Positions 50,979-62,644 of a DNA stretch of 64,000 bases are shown piece after piece. Numbering within the stretch: the first letter of the stretch is position 1; each line of letters opens with the position of its first letter. The notes under the pieces were generated by a model. It worked only from the letters and a program-made list of their open reading frames with translations, made no database searches and was not told where the DNA came from. The DNA is from Halocafeteria seosinensis (Eukaryota). The stretch lies in contig LVLI01000233.1 of assembly GCA_001687465.1 (NCBI GenBank), forward strand, positions 62,001-126,000, in the 5' to 3' direction. The position numbers were made by a program, and so were the translations under genes.

Positions 50979-51916
50979 TGCTCTCACTCGACATTTACGC
51001 AATACTGACGTTCAGTTTGAGCAATATCGGAGGCGAAGCGTCGTGATCTGCATTAATGACATCCTGTGGGTTGAATTTGAACCAGAAGCCATCTATTTTC
51101 TTCTCGCTCCTGAGATCTATGAGATTCCTCCCCTTACCCACGGATAACATGTCACAGAACAGGTATTGAAAAATAAACTCAACAAAGGATGGGCATGAAT
51201 CTACCGCATAAGGCTAAGAAAAAGCCTTCAGAAGACGAAAACCCATTCGTGGAACAGTTCCGAAGCCAAGCAAATGATTCCACTCACCTCAAAATTCCTC
51301 TCGAGACAATCGGTCGAGAACTGCTCTACAAAACAACAACAACAAGAATCAAAGAGACTATGCTATGCATAACGGATACAATCCCATGAAAGGGGAGTTT
51401 AATGGGATGAGCTCTGTGGTGTTCCGACAGCAAAACTTCAACTTCGGAGCGAATTTTACAGAGATCCTTGAGTTGACATGCCATTAACATGAGCATAGTC
51501 GCACGACATATGAACACAATGACTCCCAAATAAAATCTAGCGAGGTTTAAGTGGAAAGTTCAACATGTTCAGTTGTAACTGCACTCTACAGCATATGGAC
51601 TGGTACAAAACGAAGTTGGACAGTGGTTGTAGCCATTGTAGCCGAAGTGAGACGAGCACGAGCTACATCACTCCCCCATACCGATCAAGAAGCCCGATTG
51701 ATTTCGTGTATTCCTAATCTAAATCATGGCTCCTCCAAAACAGGTACTCCCGCCGCACAGAAACGGTAGAAGCCCTTGGCTCGTACCATACGTACGATTG
51801 TAGGAAATATTAGGCAAGGAGTAAATATCCTACGAATTCTAATACGCTGGACATAATTTTCGGCCCAGAATTTTCACCACTGTCTCTGATGATGCCATGT
51901 TGATAGGATAGTATGC

Positions 51917-52412
51917 CTAATTGCTATCGCAAGGGTCTTCTCCATTTCCAAAATCAATTGAGACTTTGTTATCGTCGCAGCAGACAAACTTGGGATCTTC
52001 TTGAGCTGCGTCATATATCATGGGGCCGCAACATTTCGTTTGGGAATAAACCTGCAAGCAACGGGAGTAGCTGGTGAGACAATATGTCCTCTGTTGTCGA
52101 CGACGACACGAGACTTACTCTGTCATACACGAACTCATTCTCACAACATATTTCCTTCTTTAGGTGATAAGGTTTAAAACCACAGCACCCAAACTCTTCG
52201 ATATCTTGTATACCAAATATGAAATCCGGAAATATCACTTTCTCGTCGCAGCAGAGCGCAATGTTAGTGTTGTATTCAACGTTTCCACAAAGCGTCAGCC
52301 TTACTGGGACATTCTCTGGGTGGCGAAGCTCTAGCTGTTGAGCCGTAAAACAGTGAAACTGAAGCAGCATAGCTGCTATTACAGTACCAATGTGGAACCT
52401 GTTGTTTAGCAT
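51917..52412 (-). CDS. Small secreted Cys-rich protein with galaxin-like CC repeats
   Basis: Signal-peptide-like N-terminus, then repeats LCGNVEYNTNIALCC, GCCGFKPYHLKKEICC and (after a phase-0 intron) KCCGPMIYD...FVCC. Confidence 0.65.
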
Positions 52413-52695
52413 GGTGAGGCGCTGGCTTCAACTTTCGCTATTTTACTGATGCTTTGCTCCGTTCTTCCAGCGACATTTGAAGGAGAGCCTTCATGCACAA
52501 CAAGAAACAAATAACTTGAATGAGAGTTTGGGAGCAATGCTGAAGCCTTGGATGACAGTGTCCCGTTGTCATCGGCGAACCCAAGTTGCTGAAACAATTG
52601 TTTGCAGGGTAGCCACTCAGCTGCACAACATTCATGGGCAACGCTGATTTCGATGTTTTGATGCCAATGTATACGGTTTACGCACAGATATAGTC

Positions 52696-53438
52696 ATGGA
52701 GGGGGCTACTGCTCCGAATAAAACACGTGGACTGCGCGCTTGCAGACGCTGCAAGCTCGTAAAGTCTTCGGACCAGGTACGCTGACGACTCCGGGTGGTG
52801 CATTACCACCAGTAGTGTGATGTCTCGTTTATTAGGGCTCCGAGGATGAAATTTCGAGGCTTTTTACCATTTCTTGTTCATGCAGTTTAAAGAAAGCTTC
52901 TGCGAAAATTGCCCGGAAGACGCCCCAGATATAGTAAATTCGGAAACCAGGCAGGAGTATATACAGAATCATACAACAACAGAGTTTGAGGGGTAAGCTG
53001 AATACGGTTCTCTCTCCAGTTGCATGTTCACTTGTTATCGTCGTTTCCGCGTTTTGTCCAGAATGGTCGCGATGATGAATCCCTCTGGGTCATGGGTGGC
53101 CAAGCGATTAAAGATGTGTACGTAGGCAAGCTCGGTGCTCAATGAGTCCCATCAGTACTGCAACTATGATTTGTGGTGCAGATTACGTAAACGATGACGG
53201 AAACCGAGTAACATATAAACCAGGTGTCTACGCCATACACGTTACGGCTGGAGAAACAGAACAAGAGAGAGAGGATGCATTGGAAGCGAAGCTCCGAGAA
53301 GAAGAGGAGGAAGAAGCTGCGCAGGATGCGGATGATTTCATTGAAGATGACCTAGGGCAACAGAATGCGAAAAACGGGCATTCAGGAGAACAAGAACGAG
53401 AGCTTTTCGAAGAAGACGAGCATGAAGATGAATTATAA
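52696..53438 (+). CDS. SPT4: Transcription elongation factor SPT4
   Basis: LRACRRCKLVKSSDQ|F...CENC...TTTEFEG|MVAMMNPSGSWVAK...PGVYAIHV, assembled from four small exons, with an acidic tail. Confidence 0.88.
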
Positions 53439-53546
53439 GCATACAATGAAAAATGCATGAATCATAGCTGGCAGTTACGGATGTACACAACCCCCCTCCC
53501 CCACACACATATTGCTGTTTGCAGCCAAATAGTACAATTTTCATCA

Positions 53547-54453
53547 CTAATGAAGTACAATCAGAAGCAGTATCAGGACGCCTAAGACAATAAACAAACG
53601 ACTGATCATTTGATTCATGTGCTGAGAACTCGGACTGACAGGTGGGGTTCCCCAATACGTTTGCTGAGAAGACGGAAAAACAACCAGTGTGCTAGATAAG
53701 TGAACCGATAGATTGAGAGAGGGCAACTTACAAAATGAAGCCCAAACAGAGAAGGGAAGTACCCCATTCCACCTGAGAAAAACGCAGCGTTCGGACCCAT
53801 ATCTGAAAATCGCGGTGCCTCAGGTCGCCTGCCGGAGGGCCTCTGAGGTACGCTCGTATCGTCTTTTGATTCTTCACCTCCGGTGCCTCTGCATAAAAAA
53901 GAAAAAAACAAGAAAACCCAAAAACCCGACACCGATTACACATTATAGCCAAACAATTATAGAAGTTTTAGCCACCTACACTGCTGGGTGAGATTGGGAT
54001 CCTCCTTTACCGTATATAGGAATGACATTGTCTGTGGTTACACCAGCTTTACACACGGGGCAAGTGTTTTTCCCAGCTTGTATCCACCGAAACAAACAGC
54101 TCCAGCTGCAGAGACAACGCATTCAGATTTATTCCTACTTAGATTAGTTAAGCGACGTAAGTGATATGTGCCTTACCAGTATAAATGTCCACATCTGCGT
54201 GAAACATAAAACGATGACTTAATACTGCAACACCGACAAGACACTTTACCGGCGAAGAAGTCACTTACTGCGTAACAACAGGGTCTGTTGCATGCTCCAA
54301 GCAAACCGAGCAATCAAAAAATGACATGCCATCTCCATCATTATGACTCTCTCTCCTTCCACTCTCATTTCCTCCATTAGAAGCTTCTGGACCTGAAGAA
54401 GATGCCGCGGCTCCGGATGAGCTTCCCCCCTGTTTGTGAGGATCAGAAGCCAT
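53547..54453 (-). CDS. RING-HC E3 ligase RNF5/RNF185/RMA-like, tail-anchored
   Basis: FDCSVCLEHATDPVVTQ|CGHL|YC|WSCLFRW...CPVCKAGVT.DNVIPIYG, then PQRPSGRRPE, G.FPSLFG and a C-terminal TM (LFIVLGVLILLLIVL). Confidence 0.9.
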
Positions 54454-54928
54454 TTTCCCTGTTCTTCCGTTACAAATCAACGCACAAAAATTGTCGAATT
54501 GTGCAATACTCCAGTTTGACTAGTCTCCTTGCTCTAAAATTGAATGGCCGCAATTAATTCATCCATAGAATCAAGTTGACCTTGAAGTCTCTTCCGCGTC
54601 GATTTATTCCATTCCACACCAACAAGCCACAATCCCCAGTACCAGATAGCAAAGCAAGTGAGTCTATAAGAGTGTTTACGTTGGAATATACTCATCAAAG
54701 CATACGCATTATCGCATCCAGCACGCTTAAGAGCAGCGCGTTTCGTGGTACCAAAGTGAAAGTAAAGATTGCTGCATCTCCGACAGAAGTGACACGAAAG
54801 CAGGCTACACCATAAAGGGGATCATTGTTGTCTGTGTCAGACGAGGAAGAAAGGGTAGAGACTCCTATAGAAACTATCACTATTGGCGACGGCATTGATC
54901 TATTCATTCCATACTAGGAAAGCACAAT

Positions 54929-56063
54929 ATGTCCTTCGCTAACGAGGTAAAGCTGTTCGGCCAATGGTAAGTGGGTTTAGCCTTTATATCGCCCATACTG
55001 CGGCCGGGTGCCGCTTAAAACCCATACAAGCGGATTCTGCAAGCAAATTTGAGCTATACGGATGGAAAAAGATGGTGGTATCGTGTCCATTGGGAGAGGA
55101 GTAGACTGTCAAAAGAGGTTGCCTTCGGGTAGGGGGAGCGACGGGCTCGTGGAACTACAAAAAATGGTGCTGTTGCCGGCAGGGGGAAAAGACAGGGCAG
55201 GGCCGTCCCTCTGGGTAGCGCTTCACCCCAGTTCGGGGCTTGGGTTGATACATTCTGTATTTAGGAGTATTATGTTGCTTGTGTCCAAATTACGAGTATC
55301 TTTTCCGAGACGGGAGTATCATGTCTGTAGATGTGGCTATTTTTCAAACTCTTCTATCCTTCATTATTGTGTTTGCAGGAGCTACGAAGGCATCGACCTT
55401 GGGGATATCTCCTTGGACGACTATGTTGCCTGCAGTAGAGAAAGAGGCGCCGTTTACTTGCCGCATACAGCCGGAAGATACCAGCTGAAACGATTCCGTA
55501 AAGCTCAGTGCCCTATTGTCGAGCGATTGGTTAACAGCTTGATGTTCCACGGCAGAAACACTGGAAAGAAAGCAATGGCTATCCGGATCGTACAACACGC
55601 CTTCGAGATTGTAAATCTTCTCACAGACGAAAACCCTATCCAGGTTTTGGCGCGAGCTATTGTTAACTCCGGTCCTCGTGAGGACTCTACTCGTATTGGA
55701 ACTGCTGGTGTTGTGCGTCGCCAGGCCGTCGATTTATCCCCCTTCCGTCGTATCAACCAGGCTATTCACTTGCTTGCTGTTGGTGTAAGTGTCTCAGTTT
55801 CTCTCAATATTTTTTTGTTTTGTTTTTTGTTTGTTAGGTTGAAGTTATTTCCAATGCTAAAGTGTCTTCATCTGTAACTCGGGAAAATACTGTGCTTGTG
55901 TATCTAATTTTCGATGCAGACACGCTCCGCTTCGTTCAGGACGATCAAGACCACCGCTGAGTGCTTGGCTGATGAACTCGTCAACGCCTCCAAGGGTTCT
56001 TCGAACAGTTATGCTATAAAGAAGAAGGACGAAATCGAACGTGTTGCGAAGGCTAACCGATAA
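54929..56063 (+). CDS. RPS5: 40S ribosomal protein S5 (uS7)
   Basis: [11 protein letters not shown]...[24 protein letters not shown]...[19 protein letters not shown]...[32 protein letters not shown]. Introns at 54967-55378 and 55785-55919. Confidence 0.97.
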
Positions 56064-56270
56064 AGAGTTAGCAGTTATACTATGTGTGTAGTTCGAGTCA
56101 TTCAGATGAACGGACTGACCCTGATGATCCCCTAAGCACGAACAAATAGACACATCTACCCTTTATACTTGATTAATCTCTAATGAAATGGTGTGGGATG
56201 TACCAGTAGTATTCCGCCATGGTTTACAACAGCTCTGACATTAAGAACGAGCGATCGAAGTGGTAGCCAT

Positions 56271-56804
56271 CTACGTGCTTTCATTCTTCTGAGGACCATT
56301 CTCACCCTTATTTTCTCCAGTCATTCGTCGTTGCAGCGATTCAACCAGCTCCAAAAGCTGTGCTTTCGATTGTTGGATGTTCTCCTCCTCCTTGTCGTAT
56401 TGATCTCGCAGGAACTTCTCATACACATTCGGACTATTCGATTCGATGCTATCAAGTTGACTGCACTCAGAAACATGCTTCATCAGAGCGTACTCATTTA
56501 GACAGAAGAAGGGAAGCACCTACCAAACGGCATCGACAGGCACTTTGTCCGATATGTCTTTAGAGTTCGCTTCAATTTCGCTGTAGCTGTGCACTAGCTC
56601 ATTGCTGCAGAGACATCAAGAATGGAGTTCGAAGTCATCTTGCCTGTGGTGGAGGCCTGCTCAGACTTACATCTGGTTTTGAATCAGCGTAGATGTCTCT
56701 GCAGAAGTTTCATCCTGACTTAAGGTATCTATCATCTCATTCAGATGCTGAATGGTAGTATCTACGCTGTTTGCAGCCGCTGTAATCCTGTCTTCGGAAG
56801 CCAT
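56271..56804 (-). CDS. Small helical protein, possibly Mediator subunit Med10-like
   Basis: Spliced MASEDRI...NQM|SEL...KVPVDAV...LDS..SNSPNVYEKFL.D.Y..EE...QSK..L..L..SL resembles the Med10 VP.EV..ID..NP..YT pattern. Confidence 0.45.
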
Positions 56805-57597
56805 GGTCTCAATCCACACTCACGCATCGAAGCCAAAAAACACTCATATTCCATCCATATTGGTTTCTACTAACTGAAGTAAGTTTAACAGGACCAACAT
56901 ACGCAGATACCTTGGGGGAACTGGAGCCGAATTGACAAATCTATCCGTACTTACACTACTCACTCAGCTGCTCAGCATTGCTACTCTGATTCCGATGAGT
57001 CATACAGGTAGTCATACAGTACAGGAAGGTGTAGATCTTGCCTTCGCCTCTCTAACTTTTTTCATTCCTCGAAAGAGAAACAAAAGCCATTCTACACCAC
57101 ATGAATATACAATAAAGTATTCTATTGAAACTCTATAGAAGGGGGCTGCCGCGGCGAGGCATACAGCGACCACTCTCCAGTTGTTCGCGTGGCCACTTCA
57201 GTCTTACACAGTACAAATTAATAGCTGACTGATCCTCGTCTCAGAGACGTTATTATTGTCACATGATAATTTATCTGACGTTCTGGACTTTCGACAACCC
57301 CCTTTTTGCCAGTACATGAGTGACTACTGTACTTACTACGGTAAGTAGCGTAACTCCATCCAGGCTCTGGCAGAGGGTATGGAATCTCTTTCTGTTTCGA
57401 AAGAACGACACAAAAGCAGGCATTATGTCCATGCGACCCAAGCAGGAGAATGGATGGGGCTATCTCGGAAAACCTGAGTGCATAGCAATACTGTGTTCTC
57501 TCTACCCCATAGTCATAGATGCCCCGCCGTCACAACTCCGCCTTCCGGAGCAGGCATATGTTCTCTGTGTGTGTGTGTGTTCTCGCTGGGAGCGACA

Positions 57598-58280
57598 CTA
57601 CGGCGCTGCCTTACAAGTCAGTGACGCCATACCACTGGAGTTTACTGCTACTCTTTTGTATTTGAAGCAGTTATGAGGGCGGGGGACTCCAAACGACAGG
57701 GGAACTTCGCAGACTTGAACTGGGTCCTGCAGTTGAAGTTCACGACCGTTGGCTTCCCGATTCCTCATGTTCGATTGTACCATTGCCAGTTGTTCACGGG
57801 TTGTCCCTATCTGGGTGATACTTGATTAAACACACGTACACTGAAAGGTAAAAGCTGTGCCTGAAGGAAAAAGTAAGTATTTTTCGCGTAGAGTCCCTCT
57901 CTCCGAGCAAGGAGAAAAAGCGACTGCCTTTGAAGTCAACTTGACGTTCTTGTCAGGGACACAATGGTGTATGAAGACAACGGTTCCTCCGTTTAGCGGC
58001 AGCTTCATATACTCCCCAAAGGATTGCTAATATGCGATATCGCACTTTGGGGCGTGCTGCTTTGTTTTCATCTTGTTTCCGTTGTGTCGACGAGGTTGAC
58101 TCGCCACCACCAGCCAAGGAAGTTGACCCGTGGGTCACGCTTTTTGTAGTTTTTTCCAAGGGGGTGCTTAGGGAAGGCCCCATCCCACCGCGACAGATGG
58201 TCCTGGTTTCGTTTGCTACAGTCCACGTGATCACTATTTTTGTCATCTCCTGTGTGTGGTATTCTCAGGGAGGACATTTG
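57598..58280 (-). CDS. Possible multi-exon hypothetical protein
   Basis: Chain of short minus-strand ORFs with plausible splice sites; no family recognised. Confidence 0.25.
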
Positions 58281-58426
58281 CAAGTGAAGTGATCGTCTTC
58301 TTGTCTACTGGAGCTTTGATAATCACGCCCGGCGCCTGTCTTGCTGACGCCCTCTGCGTGTGTGTGCGTGACGACAAGTTTTCCTTTCAGCACTATACAC
58401 GCTTTTCCAGGCGAGTTTAACAGCTA

Positions 58427-61400
58427 ATGGCGCGGCAGAAAGGTGCATATGTCCCACCTGCAAATAACCGTGGACTTGGAAATGGTAAAGATAAGCGCAC
58501 ACACCAGCACTTGAATGGATCCACTGCACACGTGCAGGAAGCGACTCTTCCGCCGGGGGAGGAAGACACAGCATTTACCCAGTTTTTCAACAGCACGTTT
58601 GTCCGAATCGCCTTATTCGTGTCAGTCGCCGTCATTCTCCTAACGGCGGGTACGGTAAAATCCTTGAACGGCGATGTGGTCGTCGCTGTATCCATGGTGG
58701 CGAAAGGAAGCCTCTCAGTGGTATTCAGTGCTTACAGGTACGATGTAATACTGATTTTACATAGGTTCTGCTTCCCCGTGCACGTTTGCCTCTCACCTAC
58801 TTGTTCTCCAGGTTATTCTTCTCTGCTACGACACTGCACGTGTTTGTTACAAGCAGCCCGGAAGATCCATGCGACCTCTTGTCCCTCCAGCTGTTGTTGA
58901 TGTCGGTTATGGGGCTGCATCTAGAACTCCCCGTCTTTGAGCCATTCTATGCGCCTGCACTTATGTATTCTCGCTATGTGGTTTTGCGAAACCTCAATAA
59001 TTTGTTTCAGCATAAGGACTTGCTTAGTACCTTTTGTATGGGTACCTTTATCATATGGAGCGAAGCGGTATGTTCCTACTGTACACGGCTAGTACATTGC
59101 CGCTGGTTAAAACCCGTATTACTCTGTAACGCAGGAAGCTGTTTCCTTTGGCATTCCACCGCCCTGGCGTATTACCTTCTCTGAATTCTTACAGCAGACA
59201 CTGTTTGCGTTCCGATGGGCCTTGATTATATGGATTGGCGTGGTCCTTTATCTCTACCTCAACTGGCGACCGGAAGATAACGAGGCTCCCAGAGAATCAA
59301 CGAATCATAATATCGACTACAGAAAAGAAAACCAAGAATTTGCTCACTCGGGCAAGGCAAACAAACCTCGTTTCGTCGCCGCGATTGTGCTGTCTCTCAC
59401 AATGCTCTTGACCGCCGAAACAATACAACTCTCCTCCGATAGTAGCCTTTTACAGCCGTCAACCTACAAGCGAACTTACGAAAAGATGGAGTTCGATTTC
59501 GTTAGTAAGGTATGGCCCGATTATGGACCACCAGATATGGAAGTACCTTTTGAGGACGAAGTTGCGAAGCGAGATGCATTCCCTGATGATGACGGAGAGG
59601 TAATACACTTGGATACTGAAGCAACCACAGAGGAGGACGACGCTTTGATTGTTAAAGTCCGGGATAAATTGGAGTCTTTAGGAATGAAAGAGAAGGATAT
59701 GATACGACTTGTCCAGCTTTACAACCTGATAAAGTCTCGCGGCGCCTTCCCGCCTGATAGGGTATTGTATGAGGAACATGCACCGGCTGGTACATTTATG
59801 AAAGCAGAACGGGTGCTGCAAGACGTCGCAAGACAAGTTGGTTGGAACGAGAACGATCTTTATCATGTCCGCGCACTTTTGAATATGATTGACCGTGTAA
59901 AAGCAAATGAGAAAATTGAATCGGCATTGTCCTCTGTTCAGTTTGCTTCAAAGGAGAGTTTGGGCGATGCGAAGCACGATGGGAAAGGACAAAATAAAAA
60001 GTCTGCTTTTTCCGCATCCTCATTGTTTCAGTCAGAAGCCGAAGGACAAGGTCCGACACCAGCTCTGGGGAGCCAAAACAGAAATCAGTTCTTCCAGAGC
60101 GATATTGAGGTAGAAGCCCCAATCAAGAAAGGAGATAATGTCATTATGCCATCTCGACGTTCCACGGCTAGCCAGACAGTGAGCGCAGCAATCTTTAGCT
60201 TCTTTACGAATCTTTGGGCTGCCGTTTCATCCTTCCGAGGCATCCTGACACTCTTCGCTACCGTTCTGGGTATTGGGGCATACGTGCAGAGGAAGAAACT
60301 CTTAGCGTTGCTGAACAAATATGAAGAAATGGATACTACTCAAGCTACTGTTGATCCGAATCCCAAATTAAGAGGGAAACGCCGTTTCGGAAGGAAACGT
60401 GGAAAGACAGATAATGAAGAGGCTTCTGTCAACAGAGCGTACTCCACGGCTGAAAATGGTCACGCGGATCTGGGCGCTTACCAGCATGAGCTTCCCCCTG
60501 TTGAAGTGGTTCAAAGCGGTCAATCAAAGCCGAAGAATATCCAAGCGTCTGAAGAAGACAATACAGCTAAGGGACGCAGCGGAAGTATGCAAGGGGAGTC
60601 TGTTTCTTCCGGAGACCTGGAACACGAAGAGCCTGAAAATAGTGGTATATTATCCTCTTGGAACACACACTCGAAGAAGGGGTCGAAGAAGAAACGAAAG
60701 CGCAAAACTGATCAGCGTGGTGGTGAAGAAGAACCTGAAGGAGAATTTGGCCAGCGAAACAGTTCAACGGAGGAGCATCGTTTTAACGAAGCCCTCGATG
60801 ACAGTACAGCCGAAAACATTGCGGAGAAGGAGCACCCTAGCACTGATATTAGGGGTGATAACACCGGCGAGAGTATTCCCGAAACTCAGGAAGCTACTAC
60901 TACCCCTGAGCCGAATGACCACCAAGAGGACGAGAGTAAGAGCGATATGACTCCTTTGGAGTCTAGCAAGCACGATGAGTGGAGGAAGGATGCGAGTATG
61001 GAAGACGTCATGGTTGGTGATGAGACAGAACAAGTGGAATCTGAGCCACTTCAATTTCAAGGCAGTCGTTCAGTGGAAGAAGAGCTGGAAGAAGAGACTG
61101 AAACCCATCAAATGACGGACAACTATAGTAGCGATAGGAATCAGTACCAATCAGCTGACAACTACGCACGACCAGGAGCATCTTTGCGCCAGTTTACCGA
61201 CGAGTTTTGGGACCCCACTTCGGAGAACTCCGCCATTTCTTCTCAAATCGGCGTGCTTCCTATTTCTGCCCCTCATATGAGCACAGATCTAGCCATTGAG
61301 CAAGCGATCTCGTCCTTGACTGAGTTCCAGGATTCTCCCACCCGTCGTGGTCCCTTTATGCCGGATGATCGGGAACAAGATAAAAACAGTTCGATGCCGA

Positions 61401-61597
61401 CTTCACGGCACGAAGACGCATATTCAAATAATGATCATATGTCCTATAATCACGATGCTTTACACGGCGATTATGGCAGTTCTCTAAGCAGTTTTGCGCT
61501 TGGTATGGACTCGCTCGATCTTGGATTGGGATCGTTGAGCTCTGGCCGACCTCTGCAGCGAGATTTTGACGATGATGACAATTCAGACCGCTACTAA
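58427..61597 (+). CDS. Hypothetical membrane protein with long acidic/disordered C-terminus
   Basis: Hydrophobic N-terminal exons and a 791-aa final ORF with TM segments (MIIWIGVVLYLYL, ILTLFATVLGIGAYV) and basic patches. Confidence 0.7.
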
Positions 61598-62644
61598 TGC
61601 TGTTTTCAAATAATTACATTCTCTGTAAAACACAATAGACACACTACCTGCTGCTTCCTACATGTACGTCCGCGTTGACACGTCACCATGACGCAGCCAT
61701 TCTCCGCTTGCGGTGACGTATTGTTGAAGTTGGGGTCGGCTCCCAACCTCCTGCTAGAGGCTGGAAATAAGGGGTCCAAGCTCTAGGGATGCCAAAGGGG
61801 AGATAAGCAGAGCGACTCCCGGAGAAACATGTTTCTACAGCGTTAGGGTTGTTGGTTCTTGTGTTGCAGTAATGGAGAAAGAGGTCCTTCTGCTGATGCC
61901 TGGAGTCAAATACAGGCGCGAAGTCTATGTGAAGTAAGTTGCGTGAACGGCATACTTCAGTAGCCAGAGGAGCGAGTTTTCAAACGCTGCTTCAAATTGA
62001 CCGAAGCACTACCGGGAACGGCACAGGGGAGGCTGTAGGGAAACAAAAAAGGTCCGGGATTTGACCGAGGTTCAACAAGTCCCCGGGGTGGTCGCTCATT
62101 ACGTTCCTGCTTGACAGAGGGGCTGATTAAAACTTGCGGAAGGGGGCATGTTTGGTACAATAGCTTATCCCTCTCTGGGAGCTGTTGGGGCGTCTGGATA
62201 CGGTCTGAATCGTCCTGTAGAATAAAGAGTAGGTTGAGTCAAGGTCTTCCGGGGGAAAGAGCGGTTTTACGGGTGCAGTGCAGCAGAGGAGGTGCGAGGC
62301 TAACTGCAGCAGCTGGGGGGGGCCAGGGAGTCAAACTCCGGCGAAGCAAGTGGTGGTTGTTGAAGTGAGAATTCAGCTGATTACCACCATTAGAGGCACG
62401 CTGCCACGTTTGTTTCAAAAGGTTTAAGAAATAATTGAGTTGTTTGCATAGTGCTGCATATAGAGTTGAGTTTTCTACTGTCTAAACATCGAGCACCAGG
62501 CAAGATTGCAAAATTTGTTGAAGTGCTTACGTGTGCTTCAACGTCAGTCACGAAGTTTTGGATATTTGCGCAGGGTGGTTTCCAAGTAAGAAGGAAACAG
62601 TTCGTAAACACAGAATACTAGGCAGTTGCTTGCGAGAAGAGTAG

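Noticed and set aside
51050..51800. Short ORFs and splice-like sites between SLC5 and the galaxin-like gene
   Set aside because: No coherent gene model could be built.
54500..54910. Possible small minus-strand gene between RNF5-like and RPS5
   Set aside because: Several alternative splice frames are possible and none is recognisable.
55020..55245. RNase P/MRP-like fragments (gcagaatccgcttgta on the minus strand; ggggctt on the plus strand) in the RPS5 intron
   Set aside because: No matching CR-I/P4 partner strand was found by eye, so there is too little support for a call.
61600..62640. Possible degenerate transposon
   Set aside because: No RT, transposase, LTR or TIR signature was seen.
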